From: a virus
Taxonomy: Duplodnaviria > Caudoviricetes
Strand: one strand, 5' to 3'
DNA: 37,095 nt
Virus record (IMG/VR): IMGVR_UViG_3300049139_000387
Coordinates: 1-37,095 of that record
Shown one piece after another: positions 27,133-35,210 of the stretch (its first letter is position 1; each line of letters opens with the position of its first letter). Both the position numbers and the translations under genes were made by a program. Below the pieces are notes generated by a model. The model was not told the origin of the DNA. It searched no databases and saw only the letters and a program-made list of their open reading frames with translations.

Positions 27133-27348
27133 ATGGCCTGGGACCCCAGCGAAGACGAGCCGTTCAGGCAGAACGCCGCGCTGCTCCAGAAGCACGTTGG
27201 AAGCACGTGGCTTGTGTTCTGGGGGACAGGGTCACGCCAGTACTGGGCGTTCAGGCGCGGAGGCTCCTCGCTCATTCTCTCCCACCCCGATCCGCAGCAG
27301 CTCTACGCCAACATCCAGCGCCACGCGCCCCATAGACCAGCACGCTGA
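27133..27348 (+). CDS. Small Trp-rich hypothetical protein
   Basis: W.V.WG..SR.YWAF...L....DP..L; directly after the HATPase. Confidence 0.7.
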   Translation: MAWDPSEDEPFRQNAALLQKHVGSTWLVFWGTGSRQYWAFRRGGSSLILSHPDPQQLYANIQRHAPHRPAR

Positions 27349-27394
27349 CGCGGCAGGCCCGCTCCCGCCACCACGAATCGACCTGGAAAGACCG

Positions 27395-27670
27395 ATGTCT
27401 CCCCTCACTATCAGCGCCGCCATCGTTGCCCTCTACCTCGGCACCGGCACCCTGTACTCCTGGATGGTCGCCCGAGCCATCGTCCTAGCCATCCCGGACA
27501 AGCTATGCAGCGACAAGTGCCGCTCGTTGCACACACACGCGTTCTCCCAAGCCTCCGACATGCTGACGGCGCCCAGCGCTTTGCTGGTACACGCCATCGT
27601 TGGGGCCGTTTGGCCGATGGCGATCCGCAAGCAGTGCTTCTGCTTCTTTCGTGCCACTCTCCAGGGCTGA
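27395..27670 (+). CDS. Small two-helix membrane protein
   Basis: Two hydrophobic segments around C...C..LH, ending AVWP; GGAAAG RBS. Confidence 0.65.
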   Translation: MSPLTISAAIVALYLGTGTLYSWMVARAIVLAIPDKLCSDKCRSLHTHAFSQASDMLTAPSALLVHAIVGAVWPMAIRKQCFCFFRATLQG

Positions 27671-27821
27671 TTCCTCGACCCCTAATCCGGCGCGGCGGTG
27701 CGGTGAACCCGCCCCAACCCTGCGGTGAGAGCACCGTCCAACTTGCTCGTCCCGCACCGCCGCGCCTCCCACATCCACGTTGCCCCCTCGACCCACCTCT
27801 GACCTGAGCTAAGGAGCGCAC

Positions 27822-28079
27822 GTGCCGAGCACGCGGGAACCACATCCGGATGAAGTCATGACCGCCACCGAGGCAAGCCGCCTGCTGGGGGTCGATCAAA
27901 CGACCCTGAAGCGGTGGGTGAAAGCGGGGAGGATCACCCATTTCCGAACCGCAGGCGGTCACATGAGGTTCCGGAGGCGTGACGTGGACGCGTTTATCGC
28001 AGCCCGTCTGACCCTAGGCCAACCAGCAAAAGCACCCGGAACTGCGGTCTCGCGTCCCACGGCCGAGAGAAAGAAGTGA
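27822..28079 (+). CDS. BldC-like / excisionase-family (MerR-type) HTH protein
   Basis: MT..EA..LLGVD..TL.RW.KAG.I...RTAGGH.RF...DV; AAGGAG RBS. Confidence 0.85.
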   Translation: MPSTREPHPDEVMTATEASRLLGVDQTTLKRWVKAGRITHFRTAGGHMRFRRRDVDAFIAARLTLGQPAKAPGTAVSRPTAERKK

Positions 28080-28191
28080 GGACCAAAAGCTCATGACGCC
28101 TTCAGCGCACTCGCCGAATGCGGATGACATCCACCGCCACGAGACCGGGAACAGCCGCCCGCGCTGCCTGCACTGAGACGAAGGACGCCCG

Positions 28192-29313
28192 ATGCACCAG
28201 CTCATTGTCGCCCCCTTCCTGGATGACCACCTCGTCCTCCGACCCGGCCACCAGAGCGGGTTCAAGATCCCCCGTACTCACTACCTGGAACTGGCCGAAT
28301 CCCCCAACAGCCGGGTCTGCCCTGACTGGCTCGCCTCCGCAGCTCAGCGCGCCTTCGGCCTAGACCTCGCCGGACACCCCCTGCGCCCGGACGTCCTCGT
28401 CCGTGAGCGGTCTCCCTACGGCTACGTCCGTGCGTCCTACGAACTCAACCTCGGCTGCAACTACGACTGCGAACACTGCTATCTCGGCGACCGGCCCTTC
28501 GATGGGCTCGACTGGGCCGGTCGTGAGCGGCTGCTGCACATCATGCGCGACGCCGGCGTGGTGTGGATTCAGCTCACCGGCGGAGAACCCCTGATCGACA
28601 AGTACTTCCCCGACGTCTACACGCTCGCCAATCAGCTCGGCATGATGGTCAGCATCAGCTCCAACGGCTCCCGGCTCGCCACCCCACGAGTTCTGGACCT
28701 GCTGACCGCGCAGCGCCCCTACCGTGTGACCCTCTCGGTCTACGGCGCCACGGAAGAGTCCTACGACGGCATGACCCGCCGACGAGGCTCCTTCCGCAAG
28801 TTCGTCAAGGGCCTGGACGCGGCCGTCGAAGCGGAGCTGTCGTTGCAGCTCAACATCGTGGTCTCGAACCACAATGCCCACGAGGTCGACGCCATGGTGG
28901 AGATGGCTGAGTCGCGAGGCGTGTCTCACCACGTGTTCGTCAACATGGTGCCGACCATCCATGGCGACGGAGGCGTGCTGGTCACCCAGTCCCAGGAACA
29001 CCTGCGCAAGCGCAAGCCCTTCGGCGGGTGCAACGCCGGTCACACGTTCTTCCACTCCGACCCGCACGGCCGCGCCACCATCTGCAAGGTCGGCCGGGAC
29101 GACGCCATCAACCTGATGGACGAAGGCATCGAAGGGCTGGCACGCCTCGGCGAGATCGCCGACCGGCTGATGCTCCGAACCGGCGGATGTTCCGGGTGCG
29201 CGCTGTCGGGGTCCTGCACTGTGTGCCGACCGCTGGCCAAGCAGTACCAGCAGGCCCAGGCGCCCCTCAAGTCCTACTGCCAGCACGGACAGCGAGAGGA
29301 GGTGAACACATGA
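28192..29313 (+). CDS. Radical SAM / SPASM-domain peptide maturase
   Basis: CNYDCEHC (Cx3Cx2C), TGGEP, SSNG, SVYG; C-terminal CNAG..ICK..CSGC.....C..C..YC. Confidence 0.92.
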   Translation: MHQLIVAPFLDDHLVLRPGHQSGFKIPRTHYLELAESPNSRVCPDWLASAAQRAFGLDLAGHPLRPDVLVRERSPYGYVRASYELNLGCNYDCEHCYLGDRPFDGLDWAGRERLLHIMRDAGVVWIQLTGGEPLIDKYFPDVYTLANQLGMMVSISSNGSRLATPRVLDLLTAQRPYRVTLSVYGATEESYDGMTRRRGSFRKFVKGLDAAVEAELSLQLNIVVSNHNAHEVDAMVEMAESRGVSHHVFVNMVPTIHGDGGVLVTQSQEHLRKRKPFGGCNAGHTFFHSDPHGRATICKVGRDDAINLMDEGIEGLARLGEIADRLMLRTGGCSGCALSGSCTVCRPLAKQYQQAQAPLKSYCQHGQREEVNT

Positions 29314-29432
29314 CCGCAGTGTTCGTCGAGATCAAGCCGACACAGGACACCGTGGAGTTCGTCGAAGACATGGACGACATCCTCGAATCCGAGAAGTGCA
29401 GCTGCGACGCAGGTGACGACAACCCTTACTAA
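29310..29432 (+). CDS. Putative RiPP precursor peptide (40 aa)
   Basis: MTAVFVEIKPTQDTVEFVEDMDDILESEKCSCDAGDDNPY; RBS GAGGAGGTGA; ATGA-coupled to the radical SAM stop. Confidence 0.85.
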   Translation: MTAVFVEIKPTQDTVEFVEDMDDILESEKCSCDAGDDNPY

Positions 29433-29453
29433 CCTGAGTCCCCCTCAGGCGCG

Positions 29454-29484
29454 CGGGCTCCGGTGGTTCAGCCACCGGAGCCCG
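29454..29484 (+). terminator. Perfect 13-bp stem-loop after precursor gene
   Basis: CGGGCTCCGGTGG-ttcag-CCACCGGAGCCCG. Confidence 0.7.
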
Positions 29485-29507
29485 TTGCGTGTGAGTACGA
29501 TGCGCCC

Positions 29508-30371
29508 ATGCCCGACTCTCGTGACGCCAGCCGTCTCGTGTTGCCCTTCCCCTACGTGCCCACCCTCGGCCCCGTGCACCCCGACGCCCTCACCGCACAT
29601 CTGTGGGACGAGGTCATGAGGGCCAACGGCACCGGCGCGTTCCTGCCGCACGACAAAGACGCACGCTGGGGCGGAACCAAAACAGAATCAGTCCTGACGC
29701 AGGCCATCCGCGGGGATGAGGAAGCCATCACTATCCCGACCCTGATACGGCGTGGTCGAGGCGTGCTGAAGGTCCACCACTACGGGCGAGCACCCGACGT
29801 GGAAAAGGCACTGGACGAGGCCGGGAAGCTCGCGGCCGAACACGGCGCAGCAGCAGCACGAGTCCTGTGGTTCTCTCAGGAACCCGACACCCGGTGGCAC
29901 AGTTGCCGCATCCAGCTCAAGACCTTCACCGGAAACGAACCTCACGCTCACGGCAGAGTAGGCAGCCTAGACGCCGAAGCGCTGTCCGTGCAGGGCACCT
30001 TCGACGCCTTCGCCGACACACTCAAGGAAGACGGGTTCGCTTTCCTCGCGGAGCGGATGCGTACCACCGGTCTGGACGGCCCACTTCTGGTTGCCGTGGC
30101 CGAGGGGCGCGTCGTGGGTGCCATCGGTCCGATGGCTATCCGCACGGACTCCATCGGCCGCCGCCGTCTCCTACCGCAGTACTTCGGCGTCCTTCCCGAG
30201 GCACGCGGACACGGGCATGGGCGCGCACTGTGGCGGGCAGCGATGCGCTGGGGACAGGAAGCCGGAGCCGCCTACCAACTCCTCCAGACCGAGACCGATG
30301 GTGCGTCCGACCACCTATGCCGATCCGAAGGGCTGATCAGCCTCGGCTTCGTCTTCACCGTCACCCTGTAG
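29508..30371 (+). CDS. GNAT-family N-acetyltransferase with N-terminal extension
   Basis: LLVAV.EGRVVG, FGVLPEARGHGHGRAL (acetyl-CoA motif A), LQT; start uncertain. Confidence 0.85.
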   Translation: MPDSRDASRLVLPFPYVPTLGPVHPDALTAHLWDEVMRANGTGAFLPHDKDARWGGTKTESVLTQAIRGDEEAITIPTLIRRGRGVLKVHHYGRAPDVEKALDEAGKLAAEHGAAAARVLWFSQEPDTRWHSCRIQLKTFTGNEPHAHGRVGSLDAEALSVQGTFDAFADTLKEDGFAFLAERMRTTGLDGPLLVAVAEGRVVGAIGPMAIRTDSIGRRRLLPQYFGVLPEARGHGHGRALWRAAMRWGQEAGAAYQLLQTETDGASDHLCRSEGLISLGFVFTVTL

Positions 30372-30905
30372 GAACTGGCGCTCACAGTAGTCACACGTGA
30401 TAGGGCCTTGCTCGGTGATCCGGGTGAGGCCCTTCGTGCGACACGAGGGACACGGCATCGACAAGCGGATGCGGTCGTTCGTGGCCGCAACGAGCTGACG
30501 AGCACGCCCTACCGCCCGCAGAAGCGACCGTGCGGCCTGGAGGCCACCCAGCACAGCCAGCGCCCGATACGGCGCCTGGAGCAGGTGAGCGCATCCCTGA
30601 GCCGCGCCCGAGCGCGTGAAGCCCACGGGACGGCCGGTGATGGCGGACCAGTCGGCGACCGCCGCGACCACACCGGCCTCCACATCGATGACATGTTCGC
30701 GCGCGGGCGCCGACGAGGCCGGGGCGGTGCGCGCGGTGGGTGCGGCCTGGGCAGGCCGTGCCAGGGTGCGCGGCACCTCATCGGCCAACAGAACCAGCAG
30801 GGCAGGCGTCTCACGGAGGGCGGTGGTGACCTCATCGACGCAGGCAGCGCAGAACAGCTCGTCGGCGTCGCCGTTGCACGCACCGCGGATCAGACACGCC
30901 ATCAC
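30315..30905 (-). CDS. Cys-rich zinc-ribbon phage protein (possible transcription regulator)
   Basis: N-terminal C..C/CAAC, C-terminal CPSC...CDYC; 3' end overlaps the GNAT gene convergently by 57 bp. Confidence 0.7.
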   Translation of the reverse strand: MMACLIRGACNGDADELFCAACVDEVTTALRETPALLVLLADEVPRTLARPAQAAPTARTAPASSAPAREHVIDVEAGVVAAVADWSAITGRPVGFTRSGAAQGCAHLLQAPYRALAVLGGLQAARSLLRAVGRARQLVAATNDRIRLSMPCPSCRTKGLTRITEQGPITCDYCERQFLQGDGEDEAEADQPFGSA

Positions 30906-31186
30906 GCACTCTCCAGAACGCGGAGGTCCGCGCTCGCGCAGGTGTGCGCGAGCACGTAGTCGCGGTTGTCGACGATGTGCTCAGGGTCGGTGATCGAGGC
31001 GAGCGTGGGGCGTCGTGTGGAGCGCACGCGGTACACGCGGTGGCCGGATGCATAGGCCAGTGCGGCGGCCGAGGAGGTGAAGGTGGCGACGTCGAGCGTC
31101 ACGGACGTATCACCGCTCCAGGCGCTCAGCACCAGAGTTCCGCAGGAGCACCGGGAAACACGGGGGACGGTGTCGGTCTGGCTCAT
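30902..31186 (-). CDS. Hypothetical protein (CxC...HxC)
   Basis: RCSCG..VL.A, LAHTC; coupled to the downstream gene. Confidence 0.7.
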   Translation of the reverse strand: MSQTDTVPRVSRCSCGTLVLSAWSGDTSVTLDVATFTSSAAALAYASGHRVYRVRSTRRPTLASITDPEHIVDNRDYVLAHTCASADLRVLESA

Positions 31187-31207
31187 CTTCGTTCTCTTTC
31201 ACTTCCT

Positions 31208-31246
31208 CCATCCATGTCCCCCCTTATAAGGGGGGGACATGGATGG
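31208..31246. repeat. 39-bp near-perfect palindrome, candidate replication origin
   Basis: CCATCCATGTCCCCCC-TTATAA-GGGGGGGACATGGATGG, just downstream of the helicase gene. Confidence 0.65.
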
Positions 31247-31282
31247 GAATGGATGGTGTGCGTTGGAAGAGGTGGCAAAGAT

Positions 31283-32308
31283 TCAGCTCTGGCTTGACCG
31301 CGCGAGGCGAACCCGCGTGGCGCGGCCGTCCTTGACCAGGGTCACGAATCCCTTGTTGACCAGGGCGTTCAGGGCTCGGTAGAAGCTCGTTGTGGGCAGT
31401 TCGGCGGCCTGCATCAGGACGCTCGTGCTGGGGTCGTCCAGGGCGGAGAAGTGGGAATGAAGAATGGAAAGGAGCAGGGTTTCGTTGCCGCTGTTTTCCA
31501 GCCCCGTGTGGGAACTGACGACGACCGAGTCCAGCACCGTGTTGAGGCGCAGACGGATCAGGTCATCGACGGGGCCGTCCTTGCGCTTGGTGCGCTTGAG
31601 CTGAAGAAGCTGGGCGTCGCCCTCGATCTGGTACACGGTGTCCACCCCGGCCTCCAGCGCTGAGGAGCCGCGTACGGTCTGGCGGTCCTTGCCGGTGTGG
31701 TGGATGGCGATCACGGTGCCGCCGTCCCCGGTGGCCTCACGGACCTCGTACAGCGCGTCAACGGCGAGCCCCATGTCTCTCGCGCTGTTCTCGTCGCCGC
31801 CGACCATGCATCGGGCCAAGGTGTCCACGACGACATGGCGGATACCGCGTTGGCGCATCTGCTCGCACAGCTCGGCGACTTCGGTGGGCGCCAACAGGTT
31901 CACCGGGCGCGTGAGGACGAACCACCCTTCGTCGGTCAGCTTGGTGTCCCAGGCGTATTCCCAGGCGTCGAGGCGCTTGCGTAGGCCGTAGGCGCCTTCG
32001 GCGGCGAGGTAGAGCACTGGCCCCGAGGTGTGGACGGGGCGTGCCTGCCACGCCTTCCCCGAGGACAGGCACGCGGCCCAGTCCAGAGCGATGAAGCTCT
32101 TGCCGCTGCCCCAGGGTCCGGCGAGCAGGCTGACCGAGTGCTGGTCGAGGGTGGCGTCGATCAATGGGGCGGGGTCGGGCAGTGATGCCAACGCCGATCG
32201 GGTGAGGATGCGCGAGGCGATTCCGCGCTGCTGGGCTTGGTGGTCGGCGCGCACCTGCGCGGCGTACTCACGCAGGATGGCCTCGATGTCTTCGCGGGGG
32301 ATGTGCAT
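31283..32308 (-). CDS. AAA (RepA/RecA-like) replicative helicase with C-terminal HTH
   Basis: GPWGSGKS, VLYLAAEG, VVVDTLAR, DENS, HHTGK..RGSSAL. Confidence 0.92.
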   Translation of the reverse strand: MHIPREDIEAILREYAAQVRADHQAQQRGIASRILTRSALASLPDPAPLIDATLDQHSVSLLAGPWGSGKSFIALDWAACLSSGKAWQARPVHTSGPVLYLAAEGAYGLRKRLDAWEYAWDTKLTDEGWFVLTRPVNLLAPTEVAELCEQMRQRGIRHVVVDTLARCMVGGDENSARDMGLAVDALYEVREATGDGGTVIAIHHTGKDRQTVRGSSALEAGVDTVYQIEGDAQLLQLKRTKRKDGPVDDLIRLRLNTVLDSVVVSSHTGLENSGNETLLLSILHSHFSALDDPSTSVLMQAAELPTTSFYRALNALVNKGFVTLVKDGRATRVRLARSSQS

Positions 32309-32311
32309 GGG

Positions 32312-33193
32312 CTAGGTCCTTCCTGCGGCTTTGGCGCGGCCCGAGGCGATGGCCTGGCTGATCTCGCGTTCGGTGCGCTGCTGGGCGCGGCCGATGTCTC
32401 GGATCGCGGGTTCAAGGGCGTCCAGGTCCACCAGGCCGCGTGCTTCGTCCAGGGCGAGCCGGTAGATCCTGCTGACGAAGGTGTGGTGTCGTTCGCCCTC
32501 CACGGCGAGCCTCATGTCCTCCAGAGCGCGTTCGGCGTAGGGGCGCACCGGCCCTTTGAACCCCGGGCTCGCGGGTGTGTAGGCATGGTGAGCGGTGCGG
32601 CGCCGAGTGATGGCCTGGAGGGTGTAGCCCAGCCATTCGGGAAGCGGCGCGGGGGGAAGGTCAGTGACGGGAAGGTACTCCGCCCCGTTGACCTGAGAGC
32701 CGGGGCCGAGGACGTACCCGCCATCTCCCCGGACGTCGATCAGCGGCGCGATGAGCCCGGCCGAGTTACGGACTTGGAAGGCGGTGGGCGCCTGGAAGTA
32801 GAAGTGCATCCCGCCGGATGGGGTCACCACGACCATGGTGGACAGCAGCGCCGACAAGCCGCTCACCTCGCCCACCTGTTCCATCAGATGGGCGTAGGCG
32901 TCAGTGCCGTCCCAGAGTGATCCGGCGATGTCAGCCCAGTCACTTGGCCACTGCCATCCCTTCTTCGGTTTGTCGCAGTCGATGACGACGAGCCCACTCG
33001 CCCCACAGGCGACACCGATGTTGTGGGTGGGGTGAGCGCGCCAGTGCGCGATGATCGCGGCTTCGTCCTGAACGGCGTCGTGAACGCCTCGCGCGGTGGC
33101 GGGCGCCTTCTCGTCGGTGCGGCACGGGAAGACGCGGAACCCCGCACGGACCAGAGCCAGCGCCCAACGCTGTTGTGAGGTGGCCACCTTCAA
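32312..33193 (-). CDS. Bifunctional DNA primase/polymerase (Prim-Pol)
   Basis: VFPC...K.P, NIGVACG.SGLVVIDCD, TPSGG.H.YF, IDVRG.GGYV. Confidence 0.93.
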   Translation of the reverse strand: MKVATSQQRWALALVRAGFRVFPCRTDEKAPATARGVHDAVQDEAAIIAHWRAHPTHNIGVACGASGLVVIDCDKPKKGWQWPSDWADIAGSLWDGTDAYAHLMEQVGEVSGLSALLSTMVVVTPSGGMHFYFQAPTAFQVRNSAGLIAPLIDVRGDGGYVLGPGSQVNGAEYLPVTDLPPAPLPEWLGYTLQAITRRRTAHHAYTPASPGFKGPVRPYAERALEDMRLAVEGERHHTFVSRIYRLALDEARGLVDLDALEPAIRDIGRAQQRTEREISQAIASGRAKAAGRT

Positions 33194-33213
33194 CGCCTCC
33201 CTGAGATGAAGGT

Positions 33214-33251
33214 GGGGGTCCTGACGCGCCCCCCAGAGCGCCAGGACCCCC
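33214..33251. terminator. Stem-loop after SSB-like gene
   Basis: GGGGGTCCTGaCGC ... GCGcCAGGACCCCC. Confidence 0.55.
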
Positions 33252-33262
33252 GGACAGGTGGT

Positions 33263-33763
33263 CTAGAAGGGGAACTCGTCCTCAGCCGAGGGCGAGGGCG
33301 CCTGGAAGGGGCGCGGGGCCGAAGGCGGAGGTGGCTGGTAGGCGGTCGGCTGGGACGGCGGCGCGGTCGGCGGAGCGGACGCCGACCGCGAAGCCAGGTA
33401 GCCGCGCGCCGTTTGACGATCTGCCTCGGTGGGTTCCATCAGGCGCCATGGAGGGCTCTGTCCCTGCTTGGCCTCGCCCTGTCCCATGCGTCCGAGAACC
33501 ATTTCCACGCCGGTGTCCAGAGCTTGTCGGAGCTGACCGACGACCTGTCGGCCGAACAGGATGGCTTCCTCATGGACCATCCCGGGCGTCGGTCCGTCCA
33601 AGACGGCGATGCGGCATCGGATGGCATCGGTGGGTCCGTGACGCGTGGGGTAGTCGCGCTCGTGCAGCAGCGGACGGATCAGCAGCAGCCGGCCGAGGAA
33701 GTCACCGGTCTTGACGCCCGAGGACGTGGGCTCGGGCGGCGACGCGAACGGGTCGGTGGTCAT
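33263..33763 (-). CDS. Putative ssDNA-binding protein
   Basis: GRLLLI.P, T..G..DA, VLGR..G..K.GQ.PPW.L; Pro-rich linker and acidic DEFPF end. Confidence 0.65.
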   Translation of the reverse strand: MTTDPFASPPEPTSSGVKTGDFLGRLLLIRPLLHERDYPTRHGPTDAIRCRIAVLDGPTPGMVHEEAILFGRQVVGQLRQALDTGVEMVLGRMGQGEAKQGQSPPWRLMEPTEADRQTARGYLASRSASAPPTAPPSQPTAYQPPPPSAPRPFQAPSPSAEDEFPF

Positions 33764-33783
33764 GTGTGGTTCCCTTCCGTGAG

Positions 33784-34578
33784 TCAGCGCCAGGACGGGA
33801 GACGGTTCGTCCCGCGTCGGCGCTGGTTGTACAGGTCCACGAGCGCAGCGGCTACGGAGACGGAGGTGCTTCCTCGGTGTTGGAAACGGCGTCCACGAGC
33901 GTCACCGACCAACCCGCGCGGTCCTCCGGGGAAGGAGGCCAGCCGCGTCGCGAGGTCATCGAGAGCGACGTCGTGGTGGCGATCCAGGAACAACCCGAGC
34001 CCGTTGAGGACGTAGACGTTGACCGCATCGGGCTGGTGTCCCCACGCGGCAGTGACCACGCCGAGCACGTTCGACAGGGTGTCGCGCCCTTCGCCGTCGC
34101 CGTAGATCTTGAACAGCGCGCTCACCGCCTGGATGCGGCGATTGGCCTGGCGGCCGTCCACCTCCCACCCGTGTTCCTGGGCGATGGCGAGAATGCCCTT
34201 GGCAACCGGTTCGCCCTCGGTCAGCCTCGCCAAGAACTTCTGCATGGGGGTGACCTTCCTGGCGCTGTTCAAGCCGCGGAACAGAGCCGCCTCGGTCGCC
34301 AGCGACAGTCCCTCATGGACGACGCACAGCACGGGGAAGTCCTCGCCTCGGACGTCCTTCGCGAGCGCGGCACGGTGTTGACCGTCCAGGATGACGGTGG
34401 TGCCATCGGCGCGGCGGGAGACCACGAGAGCACCCATCGCGTCGGCGTTGAACCTGTCCATGCGTGCGTTGACCCACTTCTCGTCCACCGGTCTCGTATT
34501 GACCCGGGGGTCGGTGGACAGGTCGCCGACTCTGATCAGGCGGGTGTTCTCTGCGGGTTCGGGGCCGTTGGTGCTCAT
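33784..34578 (-). CDS. ParB-like protein (DUF6551-type, DGQHR motif)
   Basis: D.R.N.R, G.LVVS.R, ILDGQHR, EAALF..LN; ATGA-coupled. Confidence 0.82.
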   Translation of the reverse strand: MSTNGPEPAENTRLIRVGDLSTDPRVNTRPVDEKWVNARMDRFNADAMGALVVSRRADGTTVILDGQHRAALAKDVRGEDFPVLCVVHEGLSLATEAALFRGLNSARKVTPMQKFLARLTEGEPVAKGILAIAQEHGWEVDGRQANRRIQAVSALFKIYGDGEGRDTLSNVLGVVTAAWGHQPDAVNVYVLNGLGLFLDRHHDVALDDLATRLASFPGGPRGLVGDARGRRFQHRGSTSVSVAAALVDLYNQRRRGTNRLPSWR

Positions 34579-35210
34579 GGTTTGGCGTGCTCCTTCATGC
34601 GTGACTGGAGGGCGCGCAGCCCGGACAGGGCGCGCGTCACGGAGGGGGTCCACTGTCGGGCCTGCTCTGGGGTCAGGACCGTGGCGAGGTCGTCATGCTG
34701 AGACAGGGCGGTCGCGGCTGCGGTGATCTCGGCCAGCGTGGAGACGAACCGGGCGGCCTGCTGAGTCGAAGGGGCGGTCTGCTCCTCAGGCGAGGGCGAG
34801 GGGGCGATAGCAGGACCGTGGTCGGTGTCGTCGGCGCGCTGGTGCTGGTTCAGCCACGCCACGTCTCGGGCGATGGTGTGCTTCCCTGCGCGCAGCGCGC
34901 GGGCGATCGCCCGATGGCTGTGGCGATGGCGCGTCAGGTACGCGACGAGTTCCCGTCTGGTTTGCACCGGCAAGGCGCGGCGGTCGTTGTTCAGGCGCTT
35001 GCGGAGCTTGTCCGGATCGGTGTCGGCCTGGTGGACCCAGGTGGGATAGCTGACGCCCAGGGCGTCGGCGATGCGGGCACGGTGGCGCCCCTCGAAGGGG
35101 ACACCGTCAGCCGACACGCACACGGGCACCAGCACTCCGAACTCAGCGATCGAGTCGCGCAGGGCGTCCTCGGCTTCGGGCGGAAGGGTCTCCGGGGGGT
35201 CTTGGTTCAC
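34575..35210 (-). CDS. ParB-like N-domain + HTH protein
   Basis: L..SI...GVLVPV, EGRHR, N..RR, S.RAIARAL....TI.RD. Confidence 0.78.
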   Translation of the reverse strand: MNQDPPETLPPEAEDALRDSIAEFGVLVPVCVSADGVPFEGRHRARIADALGVSYPTWVHQADTDPDKLRKRLNNDRRALPVQTRRELVAYLTRHRHSHRAIARALRAGKHTIARDVAWLNQHQRADDTDHGPAIAPSPSPEEQTAPSTQQAARFVSTLAEITAAATALSQHDDLATVLTPEQARQWTPSVTRALSGLRALQSRMKEHAKP

